Assembly: GCA_027459745.1 (NCBI GenBank)
Contig: DAIDHL010000004.1
Location: forward strand, 79,240 to 143,239
Direction of reading: 5' to 3'
Source: Candidatus Levyibacteriota bacterium
GTDB taxonomy: Bacteria > Patescibacteriota > Microgenomatia > Levybacterales > UBA12049
DNA: 64,000 bases
Below the pieces are notes generated by a model. The model was not told the origin of the DNA. It made no database searches and saw only the letters and a list, made by a program, of their open reading frames with translations. Below are positions 19,224-30,200 of this stretch, in pieces (position 1 is the first letter of the stretch; each line of letters starts with the position of its first letter). A program made the translations under genes and the position numbers.

Positions 19224-20807
19224 ATGTCAAAAGTTGAATTGCCCTCAAAAATAAGAAAAGCAATTACAGATTTCACTATTGGAACTGGCGGCGAAGAAAG
19301 ATTGCCAGTTCATCATATAATTCCTGAAGGTAATTTTGTCAGAACAGATAATGGAAATAACATTTTTCGCGAAGGCGCCAAACTGTTTGGCGTTTTTGTT
19401 AATAAGTCAGTACGATCAACTCTCACGCTCAATCCAGCTCCCCACGTACCAGACAAAATACCAGCAGAAATTGTAAAGGAAGCCTCTTCTAGAAAATTTG
19501 GCTTTATACCTGATTTAGGAGATCTAACCCAAATTGGCCCTCATTTAGTAGCTTGGTGGCAAAAACTTGATACACCATCTGAATCTACTGTTGGAGAGCA
19601 AACAGGTTCACGCTGTGACATGCTAGGATTGGCACAACTGCCTGATGAAGAGCGTAAGGATTATTTTGCTGCTATTAGTCAACAAATTGAAAATGGAATT
19701 AATTTAATGGCTGACTGTTTAGGCCTATCAGATAATGAACTCGGGAATCTAAGAGTATATGGTCTATTTGGGCATGCAACCTTAGAAGAACGTAGGCTGA
19801 TGGGTTTAAGTAGAGGTGCACAAAGCGCTCCGGATGGTCATTTAAATATTGTCTATCTACCTGAAGTAACCAGGACAAAAACTATGCCTGAAGATGTAAA
19901 GACAAAAGATATGGTTAAACAGATAGGTGCTTGGGATACCGTAGTTGAAGATCTATTCGGCAGTGGAATACAAAGAGTTATTCAGAGTACAGCTTTGCAT
20001 CGTTTAAATCCACGCGATAGAATTGAAGATAATCCTATATATGTAACTAGAGTCTCCAACAAAACAACTAGTAGTGATTTCTCCCATATGAATTTTTTTG
20101 AAGGATTCAAGATAGGCTTTGATAAGGCTATAACTATAGAGCCGTCCTTAGGCGTACTTACCGATATACTTAAAAAAGGTTCTGACCTCTATTCTGCTGC
20201 TTTATCTAACTATGAGCAATATTATAAAAATATAAAAAATCCTGAGAAGAAAAAAATTATCTTTGATAACTTAAAAGCAAGTGCTAAAGCGTTTGGTTTT
20301 CCCAATAATATGGCCGATGAATTTGCAAAATTTGTATTCTCCATAAAACCCACACATGGTCAGCTAGATAAATGGATTAAAGAGCTAGAAATTGATCAAC
20401 AGCCAAAAAATACTGCCGCAGATATTTTTAAAATTGAAGATAGTAGTTTGCTAAATCTAAAAAAAATTAAGCGTTTTTATGAAAATATGGCTAAAAGATT
20501 GAATGCTACTGGAGGCAGGGAAAGAGTAAAGAAACATCTTCAAGAAGCAAAAAAATTATCTCCTCTAGATGCAGATTTATTTTTATCAGTTATAGAAGAC
20601 AGATTCAAATTAATGGATGATCGCTCAAATAATATCTCCTCCATCATGGCTCCTTTCCTTTCCGGTAGTTATATGCTTGATTACGTAAGAGATACAACGG
20701 GGAGAATTATGGTTAAAGGGATATCACTGAGCACACGATTGGGTACAGATAAAGGTGTGGTAGAAGATTTAGGTGGTTACGTAATTGACCGTGCTACAGC
20801 TGCGTAA
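19224..20807 (+). CDS. Hypothetical cytoplasmic protein (527 aa)
   Basis: Long uninterrupted ORF; no confident family; weak HIT-like segment GAQSAPDGHLNIV. Confidence 0.75.
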   Translation: MSKVELPSKIRKAITDFTIGTGGEERLPVHHIIPEGNFVRTDNGNNIFREGAKLFGVFVNKSVRSTLTLNPAPHVPDKIPAEIVKEASSRKFGFIPDLGDLTQIGPHLVAWWQKLDTPSESTVGEQTGSRCDMLGLAQLPDEERKDYFAAISQQIENGINLMADCLGLSDNELGNLRVYGLFGHATLEERRLMGLSRGAQSAPDGHLNIVYLPEVTRTKTMPEDVKTKDMVKQIGAWDTVVEDLFGSGIQRVIQSTALHRLNPRDRIEDNPIYVTRVSNKTTSSDFSHMNFFEGFKIGFDKAITIEPSLGVLTDILKKGSDLYSAALSNYEQYYKNIKNPEKKKIIFDNLKASAKAFGFPNNMADEFAKFVFSIKPTHGQLDKWIKELEIDQQPKNTAADIFKIEDSSLLNLKKIKRFYENMAKRLNATGGRERVKKHLQEAKKLSPLDADLFLSVIEDRFKLMDDRSNNISSIMAPFLSGSYMLDYVRDTTGRIMVKGISLSTRLGTDKGVVEDLGGYVIDRATAA

Positions 20808-20862
20808 CTTATCCTCACCAAACTATTATCAAACCTTAATAAATATATATTAGAATAAATGT

Positions 20863-21774
20863 ATGAGGTATTTAATTTCCGCAGTATTATTAAGCATTAT
20901 TTTGATTTTTATTCTCATCAATCTACCCAAGATTAACTCTCAATCCTTCCAAACTAATATAACCTCACCATCATCCTCGATTTCCTCCATAAAGATACCT
21001 AATTTCAGTCATATTGTTTTAATCATAATGGAAAATAAACCGTTAAGTTCATTGCAAAATAATCCTTCAGCCAGTTATATCAACCAACTTGCGAAACAAT
21101 ATGCCTACGCAAATAATTATTCGGCCGTCACTAATCCAAGCTTGCCCAATTATTTAGCTTTAATAGGCGGAAGTACTTTTGGTATCAAATCCGATTGTAC
21201 AAATTGTTTCTTAAATAAAACTAATTTAGTCGATCGCTTACAAACCTCACATATAAGCTGGAAAGCTTATATGGAATCAATGCCTCATAGTTGTTATATA
21301 GGCAGTACTAATTTATATGCTCAAAAGCATGATCCATTTATTTATTTTGATGATATAAGGAAAAATCCAGCACGATGTAATAATATTGTACCTTATGCTT
21401 ATCTTAAATCAGATCTTACTTCTATTTCCCCTCCTCAGTTTATTTGGATTACACCCAATATCTGTAACGATATGCATAACTGCTCAATTCAAACGGGCGA
21501 TACCTGGTTATCAAAAAATATACCCAATCTTCTAAAGTCACCAATATTTACGCAGGAAAATTCGTTATTAATTATTACTTGGGACGAAGGAAATATTTAT
21601 AACAACCAAATTGCTACTATTTTGATTGGTCCACAAGTTAAGAAAGGGTATATTTCCAATCAGGAATATACACATTACTCTTTATTGCATACCATTGAGT
21701 CATCCTGGAATTTACAACCTCTTACTTCTAATGATGCTACCAGTCCGGTGATGTCTGATTTTTTCAACAAATAG
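20863..21774 (+). CDS. Secreted phosphoesterase (acid phosphatase/phospholipase C family)
   Basis: Signal anchor; HIVLIIMEN, PSLPNYLAL, KHDPF, NDMH, ITWDE, YTHYSLLHTIE motifs. Confidence 0.88.
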   Translation: MRYLISAVLLSIILIFILINLPKINSQSFQTNITSPSSSISSIKIPNFSHIVLIIMENKPLSSLQNNPSASYINQLAKQYAYANNYSAVTNPSLPNYLALIGGSTFGIKSDCTNCFLNKTNLVDRLQTSHISWKAYMESMPHSCYIGSTNLYAQKHDPFIYFDDIRKNPARCNNIVPYAYLKSDLTSISPPQFIWITPNICNDMHNCSIQTGDTWLSKNIPNLLKSPIFTQENSLLIITWDEGNIYNNQIATILIGPQVKKGYISNQEYTHYSLLHTIESSWNLQPLTSNDATSPVMSDFFNK

Positions 21775-21799
21775 GAGGGGACAAGAAATTTAATTAGTA

Positions 21800-22687
21800 T
21801 TAGAACCACTTTTTATTATCTGTAGATTTATCAAACTCTTCTAATAATTCCTTTTGTCTTTTATTTACATTTTTGGGTACAACTATTTTAATTTTGACAT
21901 AATGATCACCCCGTCCTGAGGAACGCAAACGAGGCATACCTTTGCCAGACAAGCGAATTAAAGTACCCGGCTGAGTTCCTGAGGGAATTTTAATTTTTAC
22001 ACTATCATCTACTGTCCTAACCTCTAGTTGCATACCCAATACTGCCTGAGGGAAAGTTATCTCTTCTTCCGTAATAATATCTGCTCCCTCTCGTTGGAAA
22101 TGCTTATCTGGAATAACGTCAAGTACTACATCATAAGTCTCAAATCTAATCCGCGAACCGGTATCAACTCCGGCCGGAATTTTAATTTTTTGTTTCTTAT
22201 TTTCAATTGTAACTTCTCTTTCTACTCCTTTTACCGCATCAGCAAAAGAGATTGTCAAGGAATAAACTGGACGTCTAGCCTGGCGAAAACCACCTCCAAA
22301 AAATTGCTCGAATATATCAAATGGATCAGAAAAACCACCAAAATCAAAATCCTGCCCATTATTACCTCCACTTGTGTAAGTATAACTGAAGGGTCCATAT
22401 TGTCCTCCGCCTGCGAAAGGATTTCCACTAAACGGACCTTGGCCACCTGCACCAGCACCTGGTCCCTCAAAAGCAGCCGCACCGAACTGATCATAAGTTT
22501 GACGTTTTTGCGGATCGCCTAAAACCTCATAGGCCTTGTTAATTTCTTTAAATTTCTCTTCTGCTTCTTTAGTTTTATTACGATCCGGATGATACTGCAA
22601 TGCTAACTTGCGATAAGCACGTTTAAGTTCCTCCGCTGAAGCAGATTTGGAAACACCCAAAATTGAATAATAATCTTGATTTGCCAT
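21800..22687 (-). CDS. dnaJ: DnaJ-family co-chaperone without zinc finger (class B)
   Basis: J-domain with HPD, G/F-rich region, C-terminal domain; no CxxCxGxG; follows dnaK. Confidence 0.92.
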   Translation of the reverse strand: MANQDYYSILGVSKSASAEELKRAYRKLALQYHPDRNKTKEAEEKFKEINKAYEVLGDPQKRQTYDQFGAAAFEGPGAGAGGQGPFSGNPFAGGGQYGPFSYTYTSGGNNGQDFDFGGFSDPFDIFEQFFGGGFRQARRPVYSLTISFADAVKGVEREVTIENKKQKIKIPAGVDTGSRIRFETYDVVLDVIPDKHFQREGADIITEEEITFPQAVLGMQLEVRTVDDSVKIKIPSGTQPGTLIRLSGKGMPRLRSSGRGDHYVKIKIVVPKNVNKRQKELLEEFDKSTDNKKWF

Positions 22688-22697
22688 ATATTTAAAC

Positions 22698-22718
22698 AAA
22701 AAAAGCGCTTTCGCGCTT
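22698..22718 (-). terminator. Intrinsic terminator-like hairpin between dnaK and dnaJ
   Basis: Minus strand AAGCGC-GAAA-GCGCTT followed by TTTTT. Confidence 0.7.
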
Positions 22719-22726
22719 GGATCTTT

Positions 22727-22793
22727 GTCATGCTGACTTAATTCAGCATCCTCGAAATAACCATAGAAGATTCTGAACCAAGTTCAGAATGAC
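22727..22793. repeat. REP-like double-palindrome element
   Basis: GTCATGCTGACTTAATTCAGCATC ... GATTCTGAACCAAGTTCAGAATGAC; two hairpins with complementary outer ends (GTCAT/ATGAC). Confidence 0.75.
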
Positions 22794-22798
22794 TTGCA

Positions 22799-24691
22799 TT
22801 ACTCAACTACTTCGCCTTCTTGAGCATCTTTTGCCTTATCATCAGTCTTACCGTCTTTTTCTTCTTTTTCAATTTCTTCTTCTTTTTGTGCCTGCTGGCC
22901 TTGCTGATATGCAGCCTGACCAATCTTTTGTAGTGAATCAGACAATTCGCGTGTTTTTGTTTCCAAATCCTCCTTAGATCCTGAATCTAAAATATCTTTC
23001 AGAGCTTTAATCTTTTCTTCTACCTCTGTCTTTACATCCGCCGCTACCTTATCACCTGCATCCTTTAAGGATTTTTCTGCTGTAAAGATCAGAGAATCAG
23101 CCTGGTTGCGCGCTTCCACTTTGCCTCTTTTCTCTTCATCTTCAGCAGCATGAGCTTCGGCTTCTTTAGTCATCTTCTCTACTTCTTCTTTTGATAAACC
23201 AGTTGAACCTGAAATCTTAATTGATTGTACTTTACCTGAAGCTTTATCTTGTGCTTTTACATGCAAAATACCACTAGCATCAATATCAAAAGTAACTTCA
23301 ATTTGTGGCATACCACGAGGAGCTGGTGGGATACCGTCCAAAATGAAACGGCCCAAAGACTTATTATCAGCTGCCATTGGACGCTCACCCTGCAGAATAT
23401 TAATTTCTACTTGAGTCTGGTTATCAGCAGCTGTGGAATAAACCTGAGATTTAGAGCTAGGAATAGTGGTATTGCGTGGAATTAAAGGTGAAGAAACTCC
23501 ACCCAAAGTTTCCAAACCTAAAGTCAAAGGAGTCACATCAAGTAATAACACATCTTTAACATCTCCAGACAACACCCCACCTTGCACAGCTGCACCAACG
23601 GCCACTACCTCATCCGGATTTACTGATTTGTTAGGTTCTTTACCAAAATATGACTTAACAGTCTCTATTACTTTAGGCATACGAGTCATACCACCTACCA
23701 TGACAACTTCATGCACATCAGATGCTTTAATACCTGCATCTTTTAAGGCCAGTTCAACAGGTTTTAAGGTTTTTTGAATTAACTCATCTACCAACTGTTC
23801 TAACTTTGCTCGGGTCAAGGTCATAGTCAAATGTAAAGGACCATTAGAACCCTGGGTAATAAATGGTTGATTAATTTGTGCTTCCTGAGATGATGACAAT
23901 TCAATCTTGGCTTTTTCTGCTGATTCACGCAAACGCTGTAAAGCTTGAGAATCTTTACGCAAATCTATATTATTTTCCTTTTTAAATTCTTCAGCTATAT
24001 AGTCAACGATTTTTTGATCAAAATCATCTCCACCCAAATGGGTATCACCATTGGTAGACTTAACCTCGGTCACACCTTCTCCTAATTCCAGAATAGAAAT
24101 ATCAAAAGTTCCCCCGCCCAGATCATATACGGCAATCGTATGAGCTTCTTTTTTATCCAAACCATAAGCCAAAGCAGCCGCAGTTGGCTCATTAATGATG
24201 CGTAATACTTCCAATCCGGCAATTTCTCCGGCTTGTTTGGTAGCTTGACGCTGTGAGTCATCAAAATATGCAGGCACAGTAATTACGGCCTGTGTGACTT
24301 TATCACCCAGATAAGCTTCTGCATCAGCTTTGATTTTTTGTAAAATCATGGCAGAGACTTCCTGTGGAGTATAGGTTTTCCCATCTACTTCTACTACAGC
24401 CATATCATCACGACCAGCTTTAACAGTATATGGCAACCATTTAATATCAAATTGCACTGATTTGTCATGGAATTTCTTTCCCATTAAGCGCTTGATAGAA
24501 TAAATAGTTTCTTTTGGTTTTAAGACTAATTGTCGTTTAGCTACGTCACCGACTACGTGCGTTTTTGGATCAACCACGGAAGGAATTGTGTTGCGTCCTT
24601 CGGCAGAATGAATCACTTTGGGTGACCCACCTTCCATTACGGCTACACATGAATTTGTTGTACCTAAATCAATACCAATTATTTTCCCCAT
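22799..24691 (-). CDS. dnaK: Chaperone DnaK (Hsp70)
   Basis: [34 protein letters not shown]. Confidence 0.99.
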   Translation of the reverse strand: MGKIIGIDLGTTNSCVAVMEGGSPKVIHSAEGRNTIPSVVDPKTHVVGDVAKRQLVLKPKETIYSIKRLMGKKFHDKSVQFDIKWLPYTVKAGRDDMAVVEVDGKTYTPQEVSAMILQKIKADAEAYLGDKVTQAVITVPAYFDDSQRQATKQAGEIAGLEVLRIINEPTAAALAYGLDKKEAHTIAVYDLGGGTFDISILELGEGVTEVKSTNGDTHLGGDDFDQKIVDYIAEEFKKENNIDLRKDSQALQRLRESAEKAKIELSSSQEAQINQPFITQGSNGPLHLTMTLTRAKLEQLVDELIQKTLKPVELALKDAGIKASDVHEVVMVGGMTRMPKVIETVKSYFGKEPNKSVNPDEVVAVGAAVQGGVLSGDVKDVLLLDVTPLTLGLETLGGVSSPLIPRNTTIPSSKSQVYSTAADNQTQVEINILQGERPMAADNKSLGRFILDGIPPAPRGMPQIEVTFDIDASGILHVKAQDKASGKVQSIKISGSTGLSKEEVEKMTKEAEAHAAEDEEKRGKVEARNQADSLIFTAEKSLKDAGDKVAADVKTEVEEKIKALKDILDSGSKEDLETKTRELSDSLQKIGQAAYQQGQQAQKEEEIEKEEKDGKTDDKAKDAQEGEVVE

Positions 24692-24698
24692 ATTTTTA

Positions 24699-25217
24699 TT
24701 AATTACTTGCTTTGCCTACTGTTACTTCTGCTGCTCTTAATAGCTTATCGTGTAACATAAATCCGGCTCTCACTTCATCTATTACTCTTCCTTCTTCGCC
24801 TTCAACTACTTGTATGGCTTCCATTATCATCGGATCAAACTTTTTCCCTTTTGTCTCAATCCTTGTCACACCTTCATCTTTCAATGCGTCAATAAATTGA
24901 GCAATACTCACTAATAAGTTCTGATCTGTTGAGTGTTTACTAGCCAGCATTAGTGTATCTAAAACTGGCAACATTTTCAAGAGAATATTTTTACCTGCAC
25001 TTTTAATCCACTCAACTCTTTCCTCTCTAGAACGTTTTTCCAGATTCTGATAATCTGCTATGGCCCGCATATATTTGGCCTTATATTCCTCTATCTCTTG
25101 CTCTAGTTTGCCTATTTGTTCATTTGTTTCCTCAACCTCTGGCTCATTTGTCGCGTCTGTCACCTTTAATTCTTCTGATTCATTATCAATTGCTTGTTGT
25201 TTTTTCTTACTATCCAT
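24699..25217 (-). CDS. grpE: Nucleotide exchange factor GrpE
   Basis: [34 protein letters not shown]; between hrcA and dnaK. Confidence 0.96.
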   Translation of the reverse strand: MDSKKKQQAIDNESEELKVTDATNEPEVEETNEQIGKLEQEIEEYKAKYMRAIADYQNLEKRSREERVEWIKSAGKNILLKMLPVLDTLMLASKHSTDQNLLVSIAQFIDALKDEGVTRIETKGKKFDPMIMEAIQVVEGEEGRVIDEVRAGFMLHDKLLRAAEVTVGKASN

Positions 25218-25226
25218 AAATTTTAA

Positions 25227-25967
25227 TTATCTTACTCCCAATAATTCTTCAATCAATGTGCCAAAGTAACGCACAGTCGGTATAACTTGTTGATAATCCA
25301 ATCTAACCGGACCTAATACTCCAATCTGACCGATTTGGTCTAAGGGAGTATGATACTGAGTAAATACGAAACCATACGGTCCGTTTAATCTGGAACCTAA
25401 ATCCTCTCCAACTAAAACATATGTATCATCCTCCATAGGAGTTTGCGTTAGGTGAGCAAATAAATTTTGAAAATAATCATATTCATCGATAGTAGCCAAC
25501 AGATTTTTTGTTACATCAATATCAAAAAATTCCGGCATATCCAAAATATATGAATAACCAGCTGTATACATCGTACCATCACCACTTGTAGATATAGCTA
25601 AAGTTTTAGTTTTTTCGGCCAAAGATTTTGTAACTTCTTTCATGAAACGGTTCATCTGGTCACGATAATCCCACACTTTTTCTTTCATAGCTACTTCCTC
25701 AACCGTTGAAAGTTCTTTTTCTTTCATTAACTCTTTGACGTAAAGTTTCATACCATCAGCTGTAGGTATACGTCCGGCTGAAGAGTGGGGTTTCTTAAGA
25801 TAACCTAATTCCGATAAACGTACCATTTCGTTGCGAATGGTCGCGGGTGATGCACTTAGATTATGCTTCTTTTCAATCGTCTCACTACCGACGGGTTCCG
25901 CCGTATCAATATATTCTTCAATTATACTTTTAAGAATATCTATTTGTCGCTGTGTGAGATTATGCAT
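25227..25967 (-). CDS. hrcA: Heat-inducible transcription repressor HrcA
   Basis: LTQRQIDILKSIIEEY, EPVGS, SPATIRNEM, PHSSAGRIPT, GVLGPVRLDY; start revised to ATG 25967. Confidence 0.95.
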   Translation of the reverse strand: MHNLTQRQIDILKSIIEEYIDTAEPVGSETIEKKHNLSASPATIRNEMVRLSELGYLKKPHSSAGRIPTADGMKLYVKELMKEKELSTVEEVAMKEKVWDYRDQMNRFMKEVTKSLAEKTKTLAISTSGDGTMYTAGYSYILDMPEFFDIDVTKNLLATIDEYDYFQNLFAHLTQTPMEDDTYVLVGEDLGSRLNGPYGFVFTQYHTPLDQIGQIGVLGPVRLDYQQVIPTVRYFGTLIEELLGVR

Positions 25968-25969
25968 AA

Positions 25970-25996
25970 TTAGCAAAATAATAGCACGAGTGCCAA
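25970..25996 (-). promoter_or_regulatory. CIRCE operator (one degenerate arm)
   Basis: Minus strand TTGGCACTC-N9-TTTTGCTAA versus consensus TTAGCACTC-N9-GAGTGCTAA, immediately upstream of hrcA. Confidence 0.85.
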
Positions 25997-26006
25997 CTGT
26001 TGTCAA
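25978..26006 (-). promoter_or_regulatory. Sigma70-type promoter of hrcA-grpE-dnaK
   Basis: TTGACA-17 bp-TATTAT, overlapping CIRCE. Confidence 0.8.
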
Positions 26007-26025
26007 GAAGCCGAAATATATCTTA

Positions 26026-26355
26026 TCAAACAACAGATAAATGAGGTAGTCTACTGTTTTTCCATTTTTTTCTTAACAAACTCGCTGCAGTATCTCTCAA
26101 TAATATAACTTGACCTCGTTTAAGTGATCCACCTATATGAATAATATCATCTGGTTTATTTAATTTTTGTAAATATCGGATTATAACCAAACCACTTTCA
26201 TCATTGACTACTCGACCACCTGGCTTCAAACGATCAACAATATTCATTGCCAACATTGAGGCATAAAACCTATGACCTTCTGACAATGCTCCATACCTGC
26301 TTCTGTATGAAGGTTTTATACTTGCTGATGATAATATCTCACGTGCTAAAGCCAT
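26026..26355 (-). CDS. Hypothetical small basic protein
   Basis: ORF fills the gap; ATG 26355 preferred over GTG 26388. Confidence 0.5.
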   Translation of the reverse strand: MALAREILSSASIKPSYRSRYGALSEGHRFYASMLAMNIVDRLKPGGRVVNDESGLVIIRYLQKLNKPDDIIHIGGSLKRGQVILLRDTAASLLRKKWKNSRLPHLSVV

Positions 26356-26433
26356 AAAAGCCACTGTAGTTTTAGCACTAAAACACACGCTTAGTCAAGC
26401 TGGCATCATATATTTTGTGCTAACATAAATAAA

Positions 26434-26820
26434 ATGCAAATAAAAATAAGAAAAATTAATATCTTTAATCGGTTTTTTTATCTTTTACTCACCTTAATCA
26501 GCTTTGCTTCGATTGTTTACGTAATTAACATGTATTCTCCCCAAGATAACATCAACTTTCAAATTGATGCTTTCAAATTATCTTCTGTTTTTCTTTTATA
26601 TCTCTTAATTTTTCTGTTTTTTCTTTTTTTAATGAAAACTTTAACCAGACACTTTGTTCATGGTCTTAGTTTGGGGATTTTTGTCTTGGGTTTTCTGCTA
26701 TTGAAATCAAATAATTTTTTTCAACCTAGTTTAATAGGATTGTTGGTACTACTTATATTCGTAGTAGAATTTGCCTTCTGGCCAAAGAGAAACAAACAGC
26801 AAAAGCTCCCTAGGAATTAG
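26434..26820 (+). CDS. Hypothetical membrane protein (about 4 TM)
   Basis: Hydrophobic ORF; TGcTAACAT extended -10 element 7 nt before ATG. Confidence 0.7.
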   Translation: MQIKIRKINIFNRFFYLLLTLISFASIVYVINMYSPQDNINFQIDAFKLSSVFLLYLLIFLFFLFLMKTLTRHFVHGLSLGIFVLGFLLLKSNNFFQPSLIGLLVLLIFVVEFAFWPKRNKQQKLPRN

Positions 26821-26850
26821 AATTTAATCTTCACCAACCAGGGAGCTTAA

Positions 26851-27216
26851 TTAGTTTTGATTTTTAGTGACTTGCTCTTTGATGGTCGAGACTACTGTTT
26901 TAAGTTCTTCTTTCAATTTATTTACTTCTTCTTGCGCAATCGCGTCCAAATTTGGCACACGTCCCGCTAAATAAGTATATACCGCGTTCTCTTCTTCAGG
27001 TCTCAATTCCAAATCTGCAATCATTTTTTCGTCTTCATCAGTCAACACAGCAGATATTCTAGTAAAAATTCTGTTTAAAACAGTATCTATCATAGTATCC
27101 ATCATTTGTTGTTTCTTCTCGTCTGAAATGCCTTCTAAACCAAGCCCTGCGAACAAATCTTGTGTCTGTTCAGGAGTCAAAATATTTGGTGTTTGTGTTT
27201 TATTTTGTTGATCCAA
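26851..27216 (-). CDS. Acidic helical protein, DUF5663-like
   Basis: LGLEGISDEKKQQMMDTMIDTVLNRI...VPNLDAIAQEEV; strong SD AAGGAGGTG before TTG. Confidence 0.7.
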   Translation of the reverse strand: MDQQNKTQTPNILTPEQTQDLFAGLGLEGISDEKKQQMMDTMIDTVLNRIFTRISAVLTDEDEKMIADLELRPEEENAVYTYLAGRVPNLDAIAQEEVNKLKEELKTVVSTIKEQVTKNQN

Positions 27217-27231
27217 TTGTATTCACCTCCT

Positions 27232-30200
27232 TTAAGCCGCTTTTGCAGTTAGTTCTGCAAGTGAATTAAAATCAAATGGCTTAATCCCTGCTTGTCCCCA
27301 AATGTCTCCGCTTGGCATTTTCCATACTAATGTTTTACCATCAGCACCTAAATGTTGTAGTAAGTCAGGATGACTAGAACTAATCATACCAGGATTTAAT
27401 CGTTTGACCAGATCCTCATAATTAATAACTCCCTTTGCCACTTCATGTGGATGACTATGCACCCATTCGCTAAATAACCGACTTTGCAAAGGATTATCTT
27501 GATTATAGAATTGTCCAAACATATGTTGTCTAAGTGAACCCAAAGCTCTACCGTACAAACTAGATACTTTATCATGGTCAGGTCCTAATTCACTAATAAG
27601 TGCTTTGTTCCAAGTCGTGTCAGGATGGGAATTAAAACTATATTCTTGATAAGGTATGCCATTTTGTACATGTTCAGTGCTAGCAGCACTGGTCACAGCT
27701 TGATGCGCCTCATTACCTCCCGGCACAAAGTGCCCATGTACTATAGAGTCTAACAATCCTGTGGTTACGCCGGTGGCCAAACCAACCACTACCCACTTTT
27801 TGAAGTTGGCTTTTCTATCACCTATCAATAAATCATTTCGTTGCGCTGTTTCATTGTTGACATTATTAAGTTTTTTAGCCTCTTCAGGCTCACTGGAAGT
27901 TTCTTTCATAAAACCAATAAGAAGGTCGGCAGTAGTATCAGGATTATTAAAATCACGAACTGGCTTGCCGTCAGTACCAACTTCAGCCAAACTTGCTCTC
28001 AATCTAGTAGTCATATCTTCTTGTAATCTACGTCTTATCTCCGCATCAATATTTTTTTGCTGTCCACTAACTTCTTCTACACGCCTATTTAATCTATTTA
28101 TATCCAACCTTTGCCTCATCCTTTGCAACTCGGCAGTGCTGATTCTATATCCTCCAGCCTTATCAGGATCTGCTAAAATAGTGTCATTATCAGACAACTG
28201 ATTTTCTCGACGGCTCATTTCTTCTGGAGAAAGAGTTCTATTTTCGGCTAGTCTGCCTGCATTCCATTCCATAGCTGTCCTTGCTATTGCCTCATTTCCA
28301 TATATCCTCAATCCCGTTCTTGCCGCCATAAACGCAGCAGTTAAGGGCACCATACCTGTGGCAGCTGAGGCAATAGTAGCACCATTGAGAGCCAAACCAA
28401 GTGCCATACGTATACGCGGATGATTACGTAAAGCACCCAACGTGGCGATAGTGCGCAAACGTCCTAAGACAGTTTTATCTCTCGTTATTAGGTCAGCCAA
28501 CTCTGCTTCTGATAGATTGTTCATCTCATTAAGATGTTCCTGCACGACTTCTGCTACCAATTCTTGTTGTTCTCTTTCAGTCTTTGCTTTCTCTGCCTCT
28601 AATCGAGTCTTTTTAGCATCTTCTGTTTCATCAGCTGGAACTTCTGGCTTAGGATTTTTCGCGTCTTCTAATTGTTGTTGTAGTCTTTTTCTTTCAGCGA
28701 TCAAGCGATCTCTGCTTTCTCTTGCGCTATCATAAGCTTGAGTTGCATTTTTCAGTTCGCCTTCTTTAAATCTACCAATTAGGAATCTTCCAGCTTTCCT
28801 TCTAGCTTCTATATATTCACGACGTGCCTGAGTTAAAGAACCTTCTATATGTACTCTATTACCATTAACCATGACAAAATCACCATCAATAGTTTCATCA
28901 AAACCACTACGCTTATCATAACCATCCATTTCACTTATTCTCTTATTTATTTCTCTCAATTCATTTGTAATACGAGTCTCTTCTGAGGAAGGAGTATGTT
29001 CTGGTACGAAACCTGGTGGAATTTCTGGGCCATATAAAGGAGGTAACTCTGGACCATAAATAGGACCCAATTCTTCATCTTTTTTACCGGCTCCACCATC
29101 TTTTCCATCAGCACCATCTTTACCAGCTCCACCATCTTTTCCATCAGCACCATCTTTACCAGCTCCACCATCTTTTCCATCAGCACCATCTTTACCAGCT
29201 CCACCATCAGCACCGTCTTTACCAGCTCCACCATCAGCACCATCTTTACCAGTTCCACCATCAGCACCGTCTTTACCGGCTCCACCATCTCTACCAGCTC
29301 CACCGTCTTTTCCATCAGCACCGTTCGTATCCCACCAATTTATTTGCCTACCAGCTATATCTTCTAATCGACCTCTTATAACATCTTGCTCACTAGGAGT
29401 ATCATCTACATCAGGTTCTGGCAAACCATTTGCTTCTCTGAATTTTTTTGCCTCTTCTAATGCATCTGTCAAACTCCTTCTAGAAGATATTGCTGAAGAA
29501 TCCACATTTGTAGTTCCTTTATCTGAACCTATTGTAGGAAATTCTATACTAACGTTAGTTGTGGGAGAAGTACTAAAAGTTCTAGTTGAGGAATGCTGAC
29601 TTACTCTCGGTGTCAAGGGATTTTCGTTAGCTACAGGCTCACTATTACTAGTCTCTCCGCCTACTTCATCAGTAGTTGGGGGTTGCACCATGACGACTTC
29701 TTGTTGTTGCCTTTCTGTATCCTTACTAATTTGGGGGATAAGTACTCTATCAGGAGTTCCAGTCAATAGTGGTTGATCTGGTTTTGGGTTTAACTGTAAA
29801 GGAACGTCAACTCCACCCAATTGTGGGACATCCGGACGACCTGTCAGCTGAGGAATCTCATCTCCAGGCTTGGGATTTAACATTTTGAACTCAGGTCTAC
29901 CTGTTAATAAGGGAGTATCTACCACTGGAGCAACATTTAGTAACTTAGGATCTTCACCTGGTTTAGGATTTAATAACCTTTGACTATGTGGTAACTGAGA
30001 TTGCTCTTGCTGCTGAGATTCAGAAGAAACTTGAGATTCAGATGCATCTTGAGAGAATCCCTGTGAAGTAGTAGTAGAATAATTATTATTTTCATTTTTT
30101 CCCAAACCAAAACGATTGAGAATTCCACGAGCTGCAGTTTGTATGGCCCTACCCGCAACTAAATCTGGCCTATTAACATCTACTCTAACTGATCCACCCG

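Noticed and set aside
25968-26033. ORF-track N-terminal extension of HrcA (likewise extensions at 53722, 58337, 63795, 22699)
   Set aside because: These extensions run through promoter, operator, terminator or SD sequences, or overlap other genes; the downstream starts give canonical N-termini
26343-26378. GTGCTAAA...TTTAGCAC inverted repeat resembling CIRCE arms
   Set aside because: Arms are in the reverse order with a 20-bp spacer; the real CIRCE is at 25970-25996
28956-29321. Repetitive ORF MVELVKMVLMEK...
   Set aside because: Alternative frame of the collagen-encoding repeat; kept open by the 9-bp periodicity
29080-29322. Possible CRISPR array
   Set aside because: Contiguous in-frame units with no unique spacers; no cas genes in the window
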